Counted from the stretch's first letter, positions 11,860 through 23,401 are shown. The stretch is 64,000 nucleotides of DNA from Hyaloraphidium curvatum SAG 235-1 (GCA_025558095.1 JAIVFI010000012.1:124001-188000); one strand, 5' to 3'. Translations and numbers: made by a program. The notes: generated from the sequence alone by a model not told the origin.

Positions 11860-12324
11860 TCAAATGAGCTTCTCGTGCCTGAACTGCACCGCCAGGGCCG
11901 CCGCCAGCGCCGACGCGATGGAGAGAACGAACGCCGAGCCGACCCTGTAAGACCCCCTCGCTTTGGCGGACATCCCGCCCGCGTCCCCCCTCAGGATGGC
12001 CGTAATCAGCAGCCCCGCGCCGCCATTGCTAACCAAGCCCATAATAACGGCGTGCTTCGGGAATTTGCCGGCGTCGACCAGCGATATGCCGCCGCGGTAG
12101 CCGACCAGCAGCGCGAGCCAGGCCCAGCCGAGCAGGCGCACCGCGAGCACGTACGGGCCGGGTTCGGGGAGCCCCAGGGATTTGGGGAAGCTCGCGGCGG
12201 GGGTGAGGAGGAGGGGGAGGCAGCCCGAGACGAAGGTGCCGGCGATCTTGGTCCAGATGACGGGGCGGAGCCAGCCGAGGCCGGGCGCGAGCGCGGGCGC
12301 CGGGTCGAAGAAGCTGGCGGCCAT
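11860..12324 (-). CDS. Small four-helix membrane protein, unknown function
   Basis: ATG 12324; four hydrophobic segments; TATA-like box upstream. Confidence 0.7.
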   Translation of the reverse strand: MAASFFDPAPALAPGLGWLRPVIWTKIAGTFVSGCLPLLLTPAASFPKSLGLPEPGPYVLAVRLLGWAWLALLVGYRGGISLVDAGKFPKHAVIMGLVSNGGAGLLITAILRGDAGGMSAKARGSYRVGSAFVLSIASALAAALAVQFRHEKLI

Positions 12325-12398
12325 TGACGGGTCGGCGAGGTTGTTTGCAGGCGGTGTCCCCCGTGTTGTTCGGCAAGCGGCGGAGCGGAGTCCGGGTG

Positions 12399-12405
12399 TT
12401 TTATA
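12399..12405 (-). promoter_or_regulatory. TATA box candidate (TATAAAA)
   Basis: TATAAAA on the minus strand ~75 nt upstream of ATG 12324, in a GC-rich background. Confidence 0.5.
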
Positions 12406-12615
12406 GGTCCCTGGCGGGGGATCTCGTTTCTCCGCAGTCACTCGCGGACCTTGAGGGCCATCCTAGTTCTCCCGACCGAACACGCAACACCTATTCGGTC
12501 AATAATGGATATCTCATTCGATGTCTAGCAGGGTTCGAGCTAAGAGGTCATCCGAGGGCGCGGGATCGGCCATTGTAGCCTGCCAACCGGCGCCATCGCA
12601 ATCCGCATCCCACCA

Positions 12616-13650
12616 TCATTCACCCAGCATCACGGCCAGCCTCACGTTCCTCGGCACCTCCCCCGCCCCCACCCTCCCTCCCGGCTCGCCCCACGCGCAC
12701 CCCGCAAACGCCCACCCCCCACCCCTGGCCCACGCCACGTCCGCCACCGAGTCCTGGAATATGTCGAAGCTCGCCAGCAGCCCGTCCGCCCCCCTCTTCC
12801 TCGGCTCGCTCCTCCCCGACCCCTCCGAATCGTCCGACGAACCGCTCGACCCCTGCCCCGCGTACGACGCCGTTCCCAGCCCGTGCAGCCGCACCTGCGC
12901 GTCCGTCGAGGCGGCGAGGAGCAGCTGGTCGTGCGTGGGGTGGTACGCGACCGAGGTGACCCAGTGGCTGGCGGCGCGGAGCTCCTTGGCGCATTCGGGA
13001 GCGGCGCGGAGGTCCCAGACGCGGACCAGGCCGTCCTGCCCGCCAGTGGCGATGTGGTGGGGGAGGTTGGGGTTGTAAGAGTGGGCGGTGGCGCGGCGGT
13101 GGCAAGGGATGGAGGCGGTGGGGGAGGGGGAGGCCGAGCGAGAGTCAAAGAGGTGCAGATGGGATCCGACAGTGACGGAAAAGAGATGCGGGGAGTGCGG
13201 ATTGCAGGCCAATGACGTCGGGCCGTCGGGACTTGGCGCTAGCGTCGCCTTGAAAGAGGCCTTGGGTCCCGCGGCAGGAGTTTGGAAGAGTGTCACCGCC
13301 CCCCCTGCCGGGTTCCACGAGGCGGCAAACAGGAACGAGGGCCGGTCGACAGGCTCCGAAGCCAGCTTGATCCCAACGGTCCGTTCCGGGATCCCGGGGA
13401 GGTGTGCCAGGGGTTCGGCCCCAGGGCCCTCGGCGTAGGGCACGCGGACCAGGGCGGCCCTGACGCCATTTGTCCGCGATCCAAATGCCACGAACGCGTT
13501 CCAGCAGTTCTGCTCGGCGCCGTACGCCTCCAGGGCCGCGATCTCGTCGCGCGGGAAAGTTGGGGTCGGCTGCCCCGGAACATGCGGGCCCGGCTTTCCC
13601 GCGGCGCCGAGCGCGAACGGAACATCGAAACCCTCGAGCCGCCCGTCATC
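12616..13650 (-). CDS. EIPR1: WD40 protein, EIPR1/TSSC1-like
   Basis: YNPNLPHHIATGGQDGLVRVWDLR; SHWVTSVAYHPTHDQLLLAASTDAQVRL; DSVADVAW resemble EIPR1/TSSC1 repeats. The 5' end is uncertain. Confidence 0.65.
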   Translation of the reverse strand, partial: DDGRLEGFDVPFALGAAGKPGPHVPGQPTPTFPRDEIAALEAYGAEQNCWNAFVAFGSRTNGVRAALVRVPYAEGPGAEPLAHLPGIPERTVGIKLASEPVDRPSFLFAASWNPAGGAVTLFQTPAAGPKASFKATLAPSPDGPTSLACNPHSPHLFSVTVGSHLHLFDSRSASPSPTASIPCHRRATAHSYNPNLPHHIATGGQDGLVRVWDLRAAPECAKELRAASHWVTSVAYHPTHDQLLLAASTDAQVRLHGLGTASYAGQGSSGSSDDSEGSGRSEPRKRGADGLLASFDIFQDSVADVAWARGGGWAFAGCAWGEPGGRVGAGEVPRNVRLAVMLGE

Positions 13651-13951
13651 TTCGGCGGCGACAACGGCGAGCTCGGCGCCGGCTTTCGGCGACGACGAAG
13701 CGGCGAGGAAGTGCGCGGCGTCGCGGCCCGGCGCCGGCGGCAGCGCGCACAGTGCCGTCGACGGGTGTCTGCCCGCGGACGGCTGTTAGAAAATGCAAAT
13801 GCGCGTACTCGACGCGTTGAAACCCACTTGAGCGAGAATATGCTCATCCTAGTTGGAGCGGGGAGGCGGACGGAGTGGACGTTCAAGGCGCGCTGTAGTC
13901 CCTTGAATTGTGGCGCCGCGTTCCTCATTGGGACGTCGCTCTCTCGCCGCG

Positions 13952-16517
13952 ATGGCGCCTCCGAGCTCTCCCTCCGCACGCGGCACGCTCGCCGCCATGT
14001 TCCTCGCCGTTTTCGCGGCGGTCGTCGCGTCGGGCGGCGTCCGCGCGTCCCCTTCGGCCCTCGGCCTCTTTTCCGTCGAAGTCACCGACTCGCACTCGCT
14101 GCTGCGCCGGAGCCCGCCCATTCCGGAGCAGTGCGTCTTTTGGTAATTTCTTCTCCGTGATGGCATGCTGGCGCTCCACTGACTCATCGTTCCTCTCTTC
14201 TCCCCCCATCGTCTCCCAGCCCGAACCCCGAAACCGGTATCTGCGTCTACTTGAGCTCCAACGACTCCAACTGCGGAGCTTGCGGCACTCAATGTGCGGC
14301 GAACCAGTTCTGCTACCAGAGGAGATGCATGGTGGGTCCGGCTTGTTTCTCGGAGAGCTCCGCTTGACGCCGCCCAGACCAACCAAGAGTTTTGCTCGAT
14401 GAACGGCCAGACAGCCTGCGGCGACAAGCCGCCGCGTTGCGCCTCGGATACGTCGCCCCAGGATTGCGGCACTTGCAATGTAACGTGCCCCTCGGACTTG
14501 CCGTACTGCCAGAAGGGCCAGTGCCAGCGGTGCCTGGACGGCGCGTTCGTCTGCAACGGCCAGTGCGAGTTCGTTTCCAACCAAAACTGCGGATCATGCG
14601 GCACTGTGTGCCCGAACGGCACCGTCTGCAACCAGTACTTTGCCAACGGCACCTACAATCCCGGTCCCTACACCTGTGAACCGCAGCAGTGCAGCGGCAT
14701 CGAGTCGTGGTGCCCCAACCAGGGCTGCGTCGGCCTTACCTACGACAAGAACAATTGTGGAGCTTGCGGGACGAAATGTTTGCCCGGGCAGGTCTGCAAG
14801 GACTCGACGTGCCAGCCTTGCTCTATCTACGGCTCAGGGTACACCAACTGCAGCGGCATCTGCACGAGCACCGAGTACGACAACAGTAACTGCGGATCGT
14901 GCGGCACGGTGAGACCGTGCGGGAGCTTTGGTTTTGTTCTGATCTGTTGGCTTTGTTTAGACATGCGCCATGGGCGAGACCTGCATGAGCTCGACGTGCG
15001 GCTGCGGCTGGCCGTCGGGGCCCGACCCCAACTTCACCGACTGCCCGTTGTCCAACGGGACCACGTACCGGTGCCGCGACTTGAACAACGACCAGCTCAA
15101 CTGCGGGTCCTGGTGGGTGCCCACCGGCTTCGCCGTCGAGTTTTTCGTGCTCACGGCCCGCGGTTCCAGCGGCAACGTCTGCCCGGGCTGGAACAGCACC
15201 ACGGGCCAGGCAACCAACGGCTACTTGGCGTGGTGCAACGCCGGCAAGTGCGACTGCTCGCAGCGCAGCAACCCCTACGCCCCCTTCCTCCTCAACTGCG
15301 GCACAAAGTGCGCCGACCCCCAGACGGACGACCAGAACTGTGGATCATGTGGGAACGATTGTGGTCCAGGGAATGCCTGCTACCAGGCGAAGTGCTACTC
15401 CTGCGCCCGCTTGAACATGATCCCGTGCCCCGAGCTCAACAATCAGTGCATGTCCCAGAGCGAGTTCGACTACTTCTGCCCGTCTGGCCCCAACTTCACC
15501 ACGACGACCACGGCCACGGGCACCGCGACCTCGCTCCCCACCACCACCGTGCTCCCCCCCAACCCCACCTTCGCCGTGCCCCCGGGCAACATGAGCTGCA
15601 TGCGCTCCTGCGGCGACAAGGGCAACTACCTCCTCGTGCGCCCCGTCGTCCTCGACGGCTCGCGCACCGCCACGATCCAGTGCATCGGCCCCGACACCTC
15701 CAAGTGCGCCTGGTTCACCGATGCCGCCTGCACCGCCGTCGCCCCCGGCGAGTCGGCCCCCGACCCGGGGTACAACACCGGCTTCGTGTGCCCGCAGACG
15801 ACCACGGGGTGGTGCAGCATCGCCTACGCGTACCAGTGGATCGCTCCCGGGACGCCGTTCCCGCCGAATTGCCCCGCCCCGGCGCTGCCGACCTCGGACG
15901 CCTTCGCCATCTCGCAGAGCGCCAACGTCTGCGTGAGGTCCTGCGTGGACAGGGGGAACTACGTGCTCGCCAAGTCGCAGGTGGTCAGGTCGATCTCGCA
16001 GTTTGGCATACAGTGTTCGGGGACGTCGACGTCTTCTTGCGGGTGGTGGGTGCTCCCCGGCCCGGAAGTATTGCCCTCTCGCTGATATGGCCCGCTATCC
16101 AGGTTCACCGACGCGGCGTGCACCCAGGTCGCGCCCGGCGAGACCGGCGCCGGCTCCTCGGGCGTGGTCTGCGACCAGATCGTGGCCGGATGGTGCGGTG
16201 CCTCGTGGAACGTCGTCGCCCTCGGCCTGCCGCAGCAGAACTGCACCTTCGTGACGACCTCCCCGGTTACGGCTACCGCGACGGCCACAGCGACGGCGAC
16301 GGGGCCGGGGACGAGCGTGGTGCCGACGTCGGGCGGCACGGCGACGACCTCGGGCGCGACGAGCGGGGCCACATCGGCGGCCACTTCGGCGGCGACCTCG
16401 GCAAGCACGGCGGGGCCGACGACTGCTGCGACGAGCACGTCGAGGCCCAGCTCGGGTGGGCGGCTCGCGCCTGGGCTGCTTGCCTTCATTGCCGTGCTGG
16501 TGGCCTTGATCTTCTAG
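13952..16517 (+). CDS. Secreted Cys-rich surface protein: Stig1-like NCGxCG repeats, two ~80-aa Cys/Trp modules, Thr-rich stalk, GPI-like tail
   Basis: Signal peptide; repeated D-x2-NCG(S/A)CG-x2-C; several short introns (e.g. 14909-14960, ~16045-16102); Thr/Ser/Ala stalk; hydrophobic C-terminus LLAFIAVLVALIF. Confidence 0.8.
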
Positions 16518-16661
16518 CAGTGTGGGTAGTCAACTATCTATCGGGAGGTATGCTATGTAAAGGACGGGCGTGTGGTTTCCGGTAATGAGACGAATCCTTA
16601 ATCTACATCGTCCTCCGTATCAGAGCCGACGACAGGATTCCAGACAAGTGCATAGCTACCA

Positions 16662-17833
16662 TCAATTATCCTGCCGATGCGCCACGTCGCTGAGGAAGAC
16701 CTCCCAGTCGCCGTACCTGTCCACCGTCGCGCCCTTCAGCCCGAGCCAGAAGGCCTCCTCGGCCCGCAGCGCCGCGACCGCTGCGTAGGCCATGCGCGCC
16801 GCGTCGTCGCCGTCTTCGTCGTCGAAAACCACGATGACCTCCTCCTCGTGGTTCCGCCAGTCCGGCTCCAGTCGCACGGTCATCCCCGACGACGACATGA
16901 GCGATTCGACGGCGGGGAACTGCTCCGGCTTCAGCTCCAGGAAGCATTCGTGGAGGACGAGCTCCCGCAGGTCGGCCAGGGGGAAGCCGAGGAGGTCCTT
17001 GGTGCTCGCCATGTCCAGCGCGAGGCTCGTGCATCCGGGGAACGCGTCGCGGACCCGCTGCACCTCCTCGGCGTCGGGTTGCTCGGCGAATTCGATCCGC
17101 ACGGATCTGACGCTTCCGAGGCGAGCTCCCTCCCACTCGGGCAGATCGAGGACCTTGATGGCCAGCGAGTCCAGCCGCTCGGCGAAGACGGGATGGTCCA
17201 GGAGCAACGAGGGCCAACTGCGGTACTGGGCAAGAGGAATGCTGGGCAAACCGAGCAGATCGAGACGGAACGTTTCGAAAGTCGCGAGGGTGCCGAGGTG
17301 CCGCACCAAGGGCTCGAAAGGGCCCGCTCCCGGATCTGGCTGCTGCAAGTGGAGAGGTATGTCCACCCGGATTATGAGTTTGCGGAGCGAAGAAGCCAGG
17401 CAGATGACCGATACGGCGCCAGGTAAAAGGACGAAAGTGTCGAAGGTGATGGAAAGCTCCTCCAGGGAGCCCGCAACCTCGCGGATCAGGTCGATGTGGA
17501 ACCCGCCATCAGATAGGGTCACAACAGAAGATCGGGTCACAACAGAACGTTTCGTGACGTGCTTCAGCTTCTCCAGCCCAAGTTTGTCCGCGAGGAGGCC
17601 GTGAAACTTCTCCGCCCTGTCGCCCGGCAGAAGGTGAACGTTGAGCTCCCTCATCAACACGGTCGGAGCAACGTGCGTTTCCGCCGCGGCCGCTCCAGAG
17701 TCTCCATGATGAGCAATAGGACCTCCCCGGGAAGGGTCGCCAGAGTGGGCTCCACGGGGCCATCGGGCGCCCCCGTCCCAAGCCCATCGCCATGCTGCAG
17801 CGCCTCCGAGCTGATTGACTGGGCCTCTGCCAT
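16662..17833 (-). pseudogene. F-box/LRR-like family paralogue 3 (frameshifting deletion in F-box)
   Basis: ATG 17833 MAEAQSISSEALQH...TLATLPGEVLLLIMETLERPRRKRTLL matches the 19924 gene; ~40 nt missing before LMREL shifts the frame; 18-nt tandem duplication (SVVTRSSVVT). Confidence 0.8.
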
Positions 17834-17919
17834 GGTGTAACCCGCCCCGCCGGGTCGACGCGATGTTTGTTGACACAGGTCGAACGCGATCGACGCGCGT
17901 CAACGCGCCCCGCCCGCAG

Positions 17920-18945
17920 ATGCCGCCGGATCCCGAGAGCATCCTTGGATCCTCCCTGAATGTGCTGTTCGGCGAGCCCCCGATCTCATACTCCGCGGAG
18001 GACGACGAAAATGGGGAGCTCGCCGTGCGCGTGCGGACTCTGTCCCCGCCCGCGCCGGACGACACACGCATCCGCCTCTCGGAGCGCGAGTTCCGCCTCC
18101 GCCTCCCCGCACAGGCGGCGCCGGAGACGGCACTGATGGCGCACTACCTGTGGAACGCGTCGATCGTGCTCGCGAGGATGGCAGCGTTCGCGACGTCGGT
18201 CGGGGTGGCGGCACGGCACGGCACGTCCTTCGCAGTGGAAACCAACGAATTGGAACACTGGGAGGCGTTTGATTTGCTCTCGGATACTAGCCCAGCGTCT
18301 TGTTTGGAGCTGGGCGCCGCCTCGGGCCTCCTGGGCCTCGCCTGCTCAAACCTTCTCCCGTCGTCGGCCGTCGTCCTCTCGGACTACCCCGCCCCAGAGA
18401 TCCTCGACGCGCTCTCGCACAACATCTCCCGGAACGGATCGCGGTGCTTCGTCTGCGGACACGCCTGGGGATCCCCCGATCCCATGGTGTCGCACCCCGA
18501 CGGGCTCCCCGTGCCGGAAAAGCACGACCTCCTGCTGCTCGCGGACACGCTGTACCACCCGCCTTCGTTCCCCGCGCTGATCGCTTCCCTGCGGCGGTTT
18601 TCCAACCCGGGAACGAGGGCGCTGCTCGCGTTCGGGCTGCACACGGGGCCCTGGGCCCCGCGCGCGTTCCTCCACCTCGCGGAGGAGGACGGGTGGGAGG
18701 TGCGCAGGCTCGCGGTGGTCCGGGTGACGGGGGATTTGCTGGACGATTCGGAACAGCCGGTGGAGTGCCCGGATTTGGAGGAGACTGTCGAGGCCGCGAT
18801 GCCGCACATGCGGATCGCGTTCTCGGGGGGTAGGGGCATGGACGGCGAAGATTGGGACGGTCTGGTGCCGGCGCACTTGCCGGAGGAGGAGAAGGTGGTG
18901 CTGAAGAAGGGGATCGTGGTGATTTACGGCATGCGGAGGGGTTGA
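17920..18945 (+). CDS. Class I SAM protein methyltransferase (Methyltransf_16, Nnt1/Efm7-like)
   Basis: LMAHYLWNASIVLA; CLELGAASGL; VVLSDYP; GHAWG; LLLADTLY. Confidence 0.85.
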   Translation: MPPDPESILGSSLNVLFGEPPISYSAEDDENGELAVRVRTLSPPAPDDTRIRLSEREFRLRLPAQAAPETALMAHYLWNASIVLARMAAFATSVGVAARHGTSFAVETNELEHWEAFDLLSDTSPASCLELGAASGLLGLACSNLLPSSAVVLSDYPAPEILDALSHNISRNGSRCFVCGHAWGSPDPMVSHPDGLPVPEKHDLLLLADTLYHPPSFPALIASLRRFSNPGTRALLAFGLHTGPWAPRAFLHLAEEDGWEVRRLAVVRVTGDLLDDSEQPVECPDLEETVEAAMPHMRIAFSGGRGMDGEDWDGLVPAHLPEEEKVVLKKGIVVIYGMRRG

Positions 18946-19014
18946 TTTAATGGCAAGGGAAGAGATGGCAGAAGATCTTATTCAACGGCTCCAATTACAT
19001 CGCGAGCCGACCGA

Positions 19015-19806
19015 CTAGGAGCTCCTGACGGGTGCCGTGTCCTTGAAGCAGATGTCAAAGATTCGGTTGACCTCCGTCTCGGCCCGGCCGGGCTGCACCA
19101 TTCCGAGGTGCTTCCGCGCCGAATCCTCGGCAGCCTTGCGCGCACACGACCGCCTGAACCACGAGATCAGTGGCGGAGCGCACTGTCCCAGCGCCGAGGC
19201 ACGGATCTCGGAGCAGAGAAAAGCAGCTGTGAAGGTGGTCGGGAAAGGCTGGGGTTGCGCGGGCGTGGCGGCCTTCTTCACGTCCGTTTCGCCCGGCGTC
19301 GGTGCGGGAGCATCTTCGGGTGTTTCGTTCTGGGATCCGCTGCCCAGCTTCTCCTTCACGAGGTCCGAGGTGTAGCGATACCACTTCCGAGCAAAGTCCT
19401 CGGCCTCCTTGGGCACCACCCCGTCGAACACGGCCTTCAGCCCACCGCGCTGCCTCGGCACCCCCGCCTCCTCGAGCAGCAGCTCCTCCCTCTCGGCCTC
19501 CCCCGGGTACACCCCCGTCGAATAGTCCCTCCCCTGGTCCCACGCGTGGACCAGCTCGTGCACCAGCGTCTCCCTCAGCTCGCTCCGCATCCGAAGCTCG
19601 TCGCAGCACAGTATGATCCGCCGCGCGTTGGGGTCGTAGTAGCCGCGGGCGCCCTCGGAGGTTGTGCCGCGGCAGGGCGTGCAGACGATGCCGGGCTTGG
19701 CGAGCACGTGCGGGCGCGAGGAGGAGATGCGCTGCAGGAGCAGCGCCACGGTCGGGTCCGAGGGAAGGAGCGTGGCGAGGTGCTCATTACATGACCGTGC
19801 GTCCAT
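19015..19806 (-). CDS. ATP23: Mitochondrial inner-membrane protease ATP23 (peptidase M76)
   Basis: GYYDP...IILC; HELVHAWD zinc motif; CSEIRASALGQC; VNRIFDICFKDTAP. Confidence 0.85.
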   Translation of the reverse strand: MDARSCNEHLATLLPSDPTVALLLQRISSSRPHVLAKPGIVCTPCRGTTSEGARGYYDPNARRIILCCDELRMRSELRETLVHELVHAWDQGRDYSTGVYPGEAEREELLLEEAGVPRQRGGLKAVFDGVVPKEAEDFARKWYRYTSDLVKEKLGSGSQNETPEDAPAPTPGETDVKKAATPAQPQPFPTTFTAAFLCSEIRASALGQCAPPLISWFRRSCARKAAEDSARKHLGMVQPGRAETEVNRIFDICFKDTAPVRSS

Positions 19807-19923
19807 CGTTGGCGGAGCAGATCGCCGCGAGAAAGCCGACGCGACTGTGGGGGGTTCGGTTTCTGAGAGGTTCGATCGACGCGTTTCGGCAACCGCCTTC
19901 GAAGTTCTGCGGCAGAGTCCACC

Positions 19924-21219
19924 ATGAAGGAGGCCAAATCGAACCTCTCTGAAGTGGTGCATCATGACGCTAGCCCCGGGAGCGGGACGGAGGCGCCCGA
20001 TGACCCCGCGGAGGCCACCCTGTCGACGCTTCCCGCGGAGATCCTATTGCTCATTATGGAGACTCTGGAGCAGCCGCGGCGGAAGCGCACGTTGCTCCAT
20101 TTGCTGTCCACGTGCCGGAGGCTGCTCGTTCTGGGGATGCCCTTGTTGATGAGGGAGCTGCACATCGAGCTTTTGCCGGGCGAACGAAACCACAAGCTCT
20201 TCGGCCTCCTCGAGGACAAACTCGGACTGGGGAAGCTGAAGCACGTCGCGAAGCTTTCTGTTGTGACCCGATCTGATGGCGGGTTCCACATCCCCCTGAT
20301 TCGCGAGGTCGCGCCATCCCTGGAGGAGCTTTCCATCACCTTCGACACTTTCGTCCAACTATCGGGCGCCGTATCGGCCATGTGCCGGACGTCTTCTCTT
20401 CGCAAGCTCACTATCCGCTTCGGCATTGCTCCAAATTCGGCGCAACAAGATCCCGGAGCCGCCCCTTTCGAGCCCTTGGCGCGGCATCTGGGCACCCTCG
20501 CGACGTTCGAATCCCTCGGTCTTGACCTAATTGACGCGCCCCGCAACCCTCTTTCCCAACGCCGCAGTTGGGCTTCCTTGCTTCTGGATTACCCCGCTGT
20601 CGCCGAACGGCTCCATTCGCTCGCCATCGATGACAGCGAGCTCGAGGAGTGGGAGGCGGCGCAGTTCGGTAGCGTGCGGACCGTGCGGGTCGATTTCGAC
20701 CAGCAACCCTTTCTCGACGACGTGCAATGGGTCCTCGACGTGTTCCGCGGCTGCACGGCCCTCGGGATTAACATGGCGGACACTTCAGAGCTCCTCGATT
20801 ACCCCCTGGACGGGATCCGCGAGCCCACCCTGTACGGATGCTCTCTCAACCTGACGCCGGAGCAGTTCCCCGCCGCGGAGTCGCTCGTCTCGGCCTCGGG
20901 CATATCCGTGCGCCTCGAGCCGGACTGGCGGACCCACGAAAGGGAGATCATGGCCCTTTTCAACGGCGGCGACGGCGCCGACGACGCGGCAGGCAGGGCC
21001 TACGCCGCGGTCGAGGCGCTGCGCGCCGAGGAGGCCTTCTGGCTCGGGCTGAATGGCGTGAGCGTGGACAGGTACGGCGATTGGGAGGTTTTCCTGAGCG
21101 ACGTGGCGCAGCGGGAAGAGGAGGCCCTTCGGCAGGAGAACAGCGACGCTGAAAGCGAACAGTCCGCTGGCTCCTACGACTGGATGACGGACGGTCATCG
21201 TTGGAAGTACAGATGGTAA
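19924..21219 (+). CDS. F-box/LRR-like family paralogue 4 (intact)
   Basis: LSTLPAEILLLIMETL...LLSTCRRL F-box; closely similar to the 16662-17833 copy; intronless. Confidence 0.8.
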   Translation: MKEAKSNLSEVVHHDASPGSGTEAPDDPAEATLSTLPAEILLLIMETLEQPRRKRTLLHLLSTCRRLLVLGMPLLMRELHIELLPGERNHKLFGLLEDKLGLGKLKHVAKLSVVTRSDGGFHIPLIREVAPSLEELSITFDTFVQLSGAVSAMCRTSSLRKLTIRFGIAPNSAQQDPGAAPFEPLARHLGTLATFESLGLDLIDAPRNPLSQRRSWASLLLDYPAVAERLHSLAIDDSELEEWEAAQFGSVRTVRVDFDQQPFLDDVQWVLDVFRGCTALGINMADTSELLDYPLDGIREPTLYGCSLNLTPEQFPAAESLVSASGISVRLEPDWRTHEREIMALFNGGDGADDAAGRAYAAVEALRAEEAFWLGLNGVSVDRYGDWEVFLSDVAQREEEALRQENSDAESEQSAGSYDWMTDGHRWKYRW

Positions 21220-21576
21220 CTATGTAGCGATTTAGTCACTTATTTTGGCGCTCCATTCCGTACTTTCATGGCGCATTGCCGAAGGGCACGAACCAAATGG
21301 AACTGACGGATTTGTATACGCACTGGAGCCCAACATGACGGAGGAAGCTGACAGCGCTCAGCAACAGTCAGCAGAAGTCACGAATCACGGGTGCCACCGC
21401 CATCCGACTTGCTGCGGACACGTGCTTCTACATTTCTATCACATCTTCTCTCCCTTTTTCCAATCGTCGAGCGGTGCCGAGCAACGTCGGAACTCGTCGG
21501 AACCTTCAGGAGCGCTCAGCCACCGGCCGGGGAAACGCTCCGCAACCCCACCAAACACCCGCGCGCAAAAGCGACG

Positions 21577-23401
21577 ATGGCGGACATGGAGAAGCCCTCC
21601 GTCGCAGCCAACGACGCGGCTGCACCGGCAGTGCCGCTCTCGTTGGCGGAAAAGGAGGCCCACGCTGCCGCGGACGCCGCATTGCCCTCCGATGGCGCAC
21701 CGGCACCGCAGACCGACAAAAACCTCCTACAGAAGCTGGTGCCTCTAGCGCCGGGCGCCACGTACCTCAACCTGCTCGTGTACCTGTTCTGCGTCCTCTT
21801 GTGGGTGTTACAGTCCCGTCGGCAGCCCGTGGTGTCTGATCCTGTCTCCGGATTCCGCAGCACCATCGCGTTCCTCGTCTTCCTCAATGCCAGCCAGGGC
21901 TTCGTGCTGAGCACCATTATCGGCACGCCGACGACGGAACTCGGCACCGTGACGGGCACCATCGGGTTCGTCGACCAGCTCGTGTCGCTCCCCTTCGCCT
22001 GGCTCTGGGGCGTCGTCTCGGACCGCTACGTGCCCCGGAGGATCGTCTACTCGCTCGCATTCCTCATCATCGGCATCTGCCTCTTCGTGTACCCCAACAT
22101 GACCACCTGGACCCCGGGCCTCATCACCGTGCGGTGCTTCTACGCAGTCGGATCCGCGGCCGCCACGTCGATGCTCACGGCCTGCCTCTCGGACTACACG
22201 GTCGCCACCTCGGGCGGCCGCCTCGCCGGCACCGTCGGCCTCGCCTCGGGCGTCGGCGCGCTGATCGGTCTGTTCGTGTTCCTGCGCATGCCGACGTGGT
22301 TTGGCGGGGAGTCGTCGGCGGGCGCCATCAGGGCGTCGTTCTACGTCGTCGCCTCGATCTCGGTCGTCTGGTCGGTGCTTGCCTTTTTCGGGCTCAGCCT
22401 CGGGCTCGGCTTCCGCGGGAGGACGACACCGCTCTCCGGACGCGCGGAGGCTGCAGGTACCCGTGCGCCGGTCGCGAACGGGGACTCGAATGGCGTCACT
22501 GAGGGCAAGCTGGCGGCCGAGGCGGTGCTGCCCGAACCTGTCACGCAGGAGCACCGCCAGCTCAACATCTTCCAGTCTGCTTGGCTCGGAATCAAGGCCG
22601 CTTCGGACCCGCGAGTGGCTTACGGTTACATTGGCGCCCTTCCTGTAAGCTGTTCCTCGCTCAAAGTGCTGTCGTTTGGTTCTGGACATATCGTTCCGCA
22701 GGCTCGCGGCGACACCATCAATTTGACCCTCTGGTTGCCGCTCTTCTTCGCCTACTACTACTTCTCCTCTGGCCTGTGCCCCAACCCGGACTGGGACGTC
22801 ACCGACCCCGACGAGGTCAAGGCCGTCTGCCGCGAGGCGTGGTCGAAGGCCTCGTCCATGTCGGGCGTGGCCCAGGTCATCGCGCTCATCGCGGCCGTGC
22901 CGTGGGGCCTGCTCTGTGACCGGATCAGCAGGGTTGCGGTGCTGCTGATTTCGAGCTGCGTCGCCCTAGTCGGCTACGCTGGGATGGTCGCTACCAGGGA
23001 CCCGACCAGGGGGATCACCTACGTCTGGTGCGCTGCTTGCCGTCCTCCATCTTTTCTGTGCGCTGACGCCTTCGCTCCGCAGGGCCTGCCTCCTCGGTCT
23101 CGCCGAAACGGGCCTCATCGTCTCGTCTCTGGCCTTGGTCACCGACCGGACCTATATCCCCATGGAGATCAAGGGATCCGTCGCCGGCGTCTACTCCTTT
23201 ATGGGTGCCGTCGGCATCCTGATCACGACCAAGGTCGGCGGCGTGCTCTTCGACGTGGCGGCGCGGTACGCCTGGACCGTCGGCCTGGCGTTCTGCGCCA
23301 TCTGCATCCTCGCGGGCGCCCTGATCCTGGGCATCTACCGGAGGCCCGTGGGGTGGCGGAAGGCGGCGCCCGCGCCGGAGCCCGCTGCCGCGCAGACCTG
23401 A
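21577..23401 (+). CDS. Major facilitator superfamily transporter
   Basis: WGVVSDRYVPRR and WGLLCDRISR MFS loop motifs; multiple TM segments; introns near 21801-21859, ~22640-22701, ~23029-23081. Confidence 0.85.
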
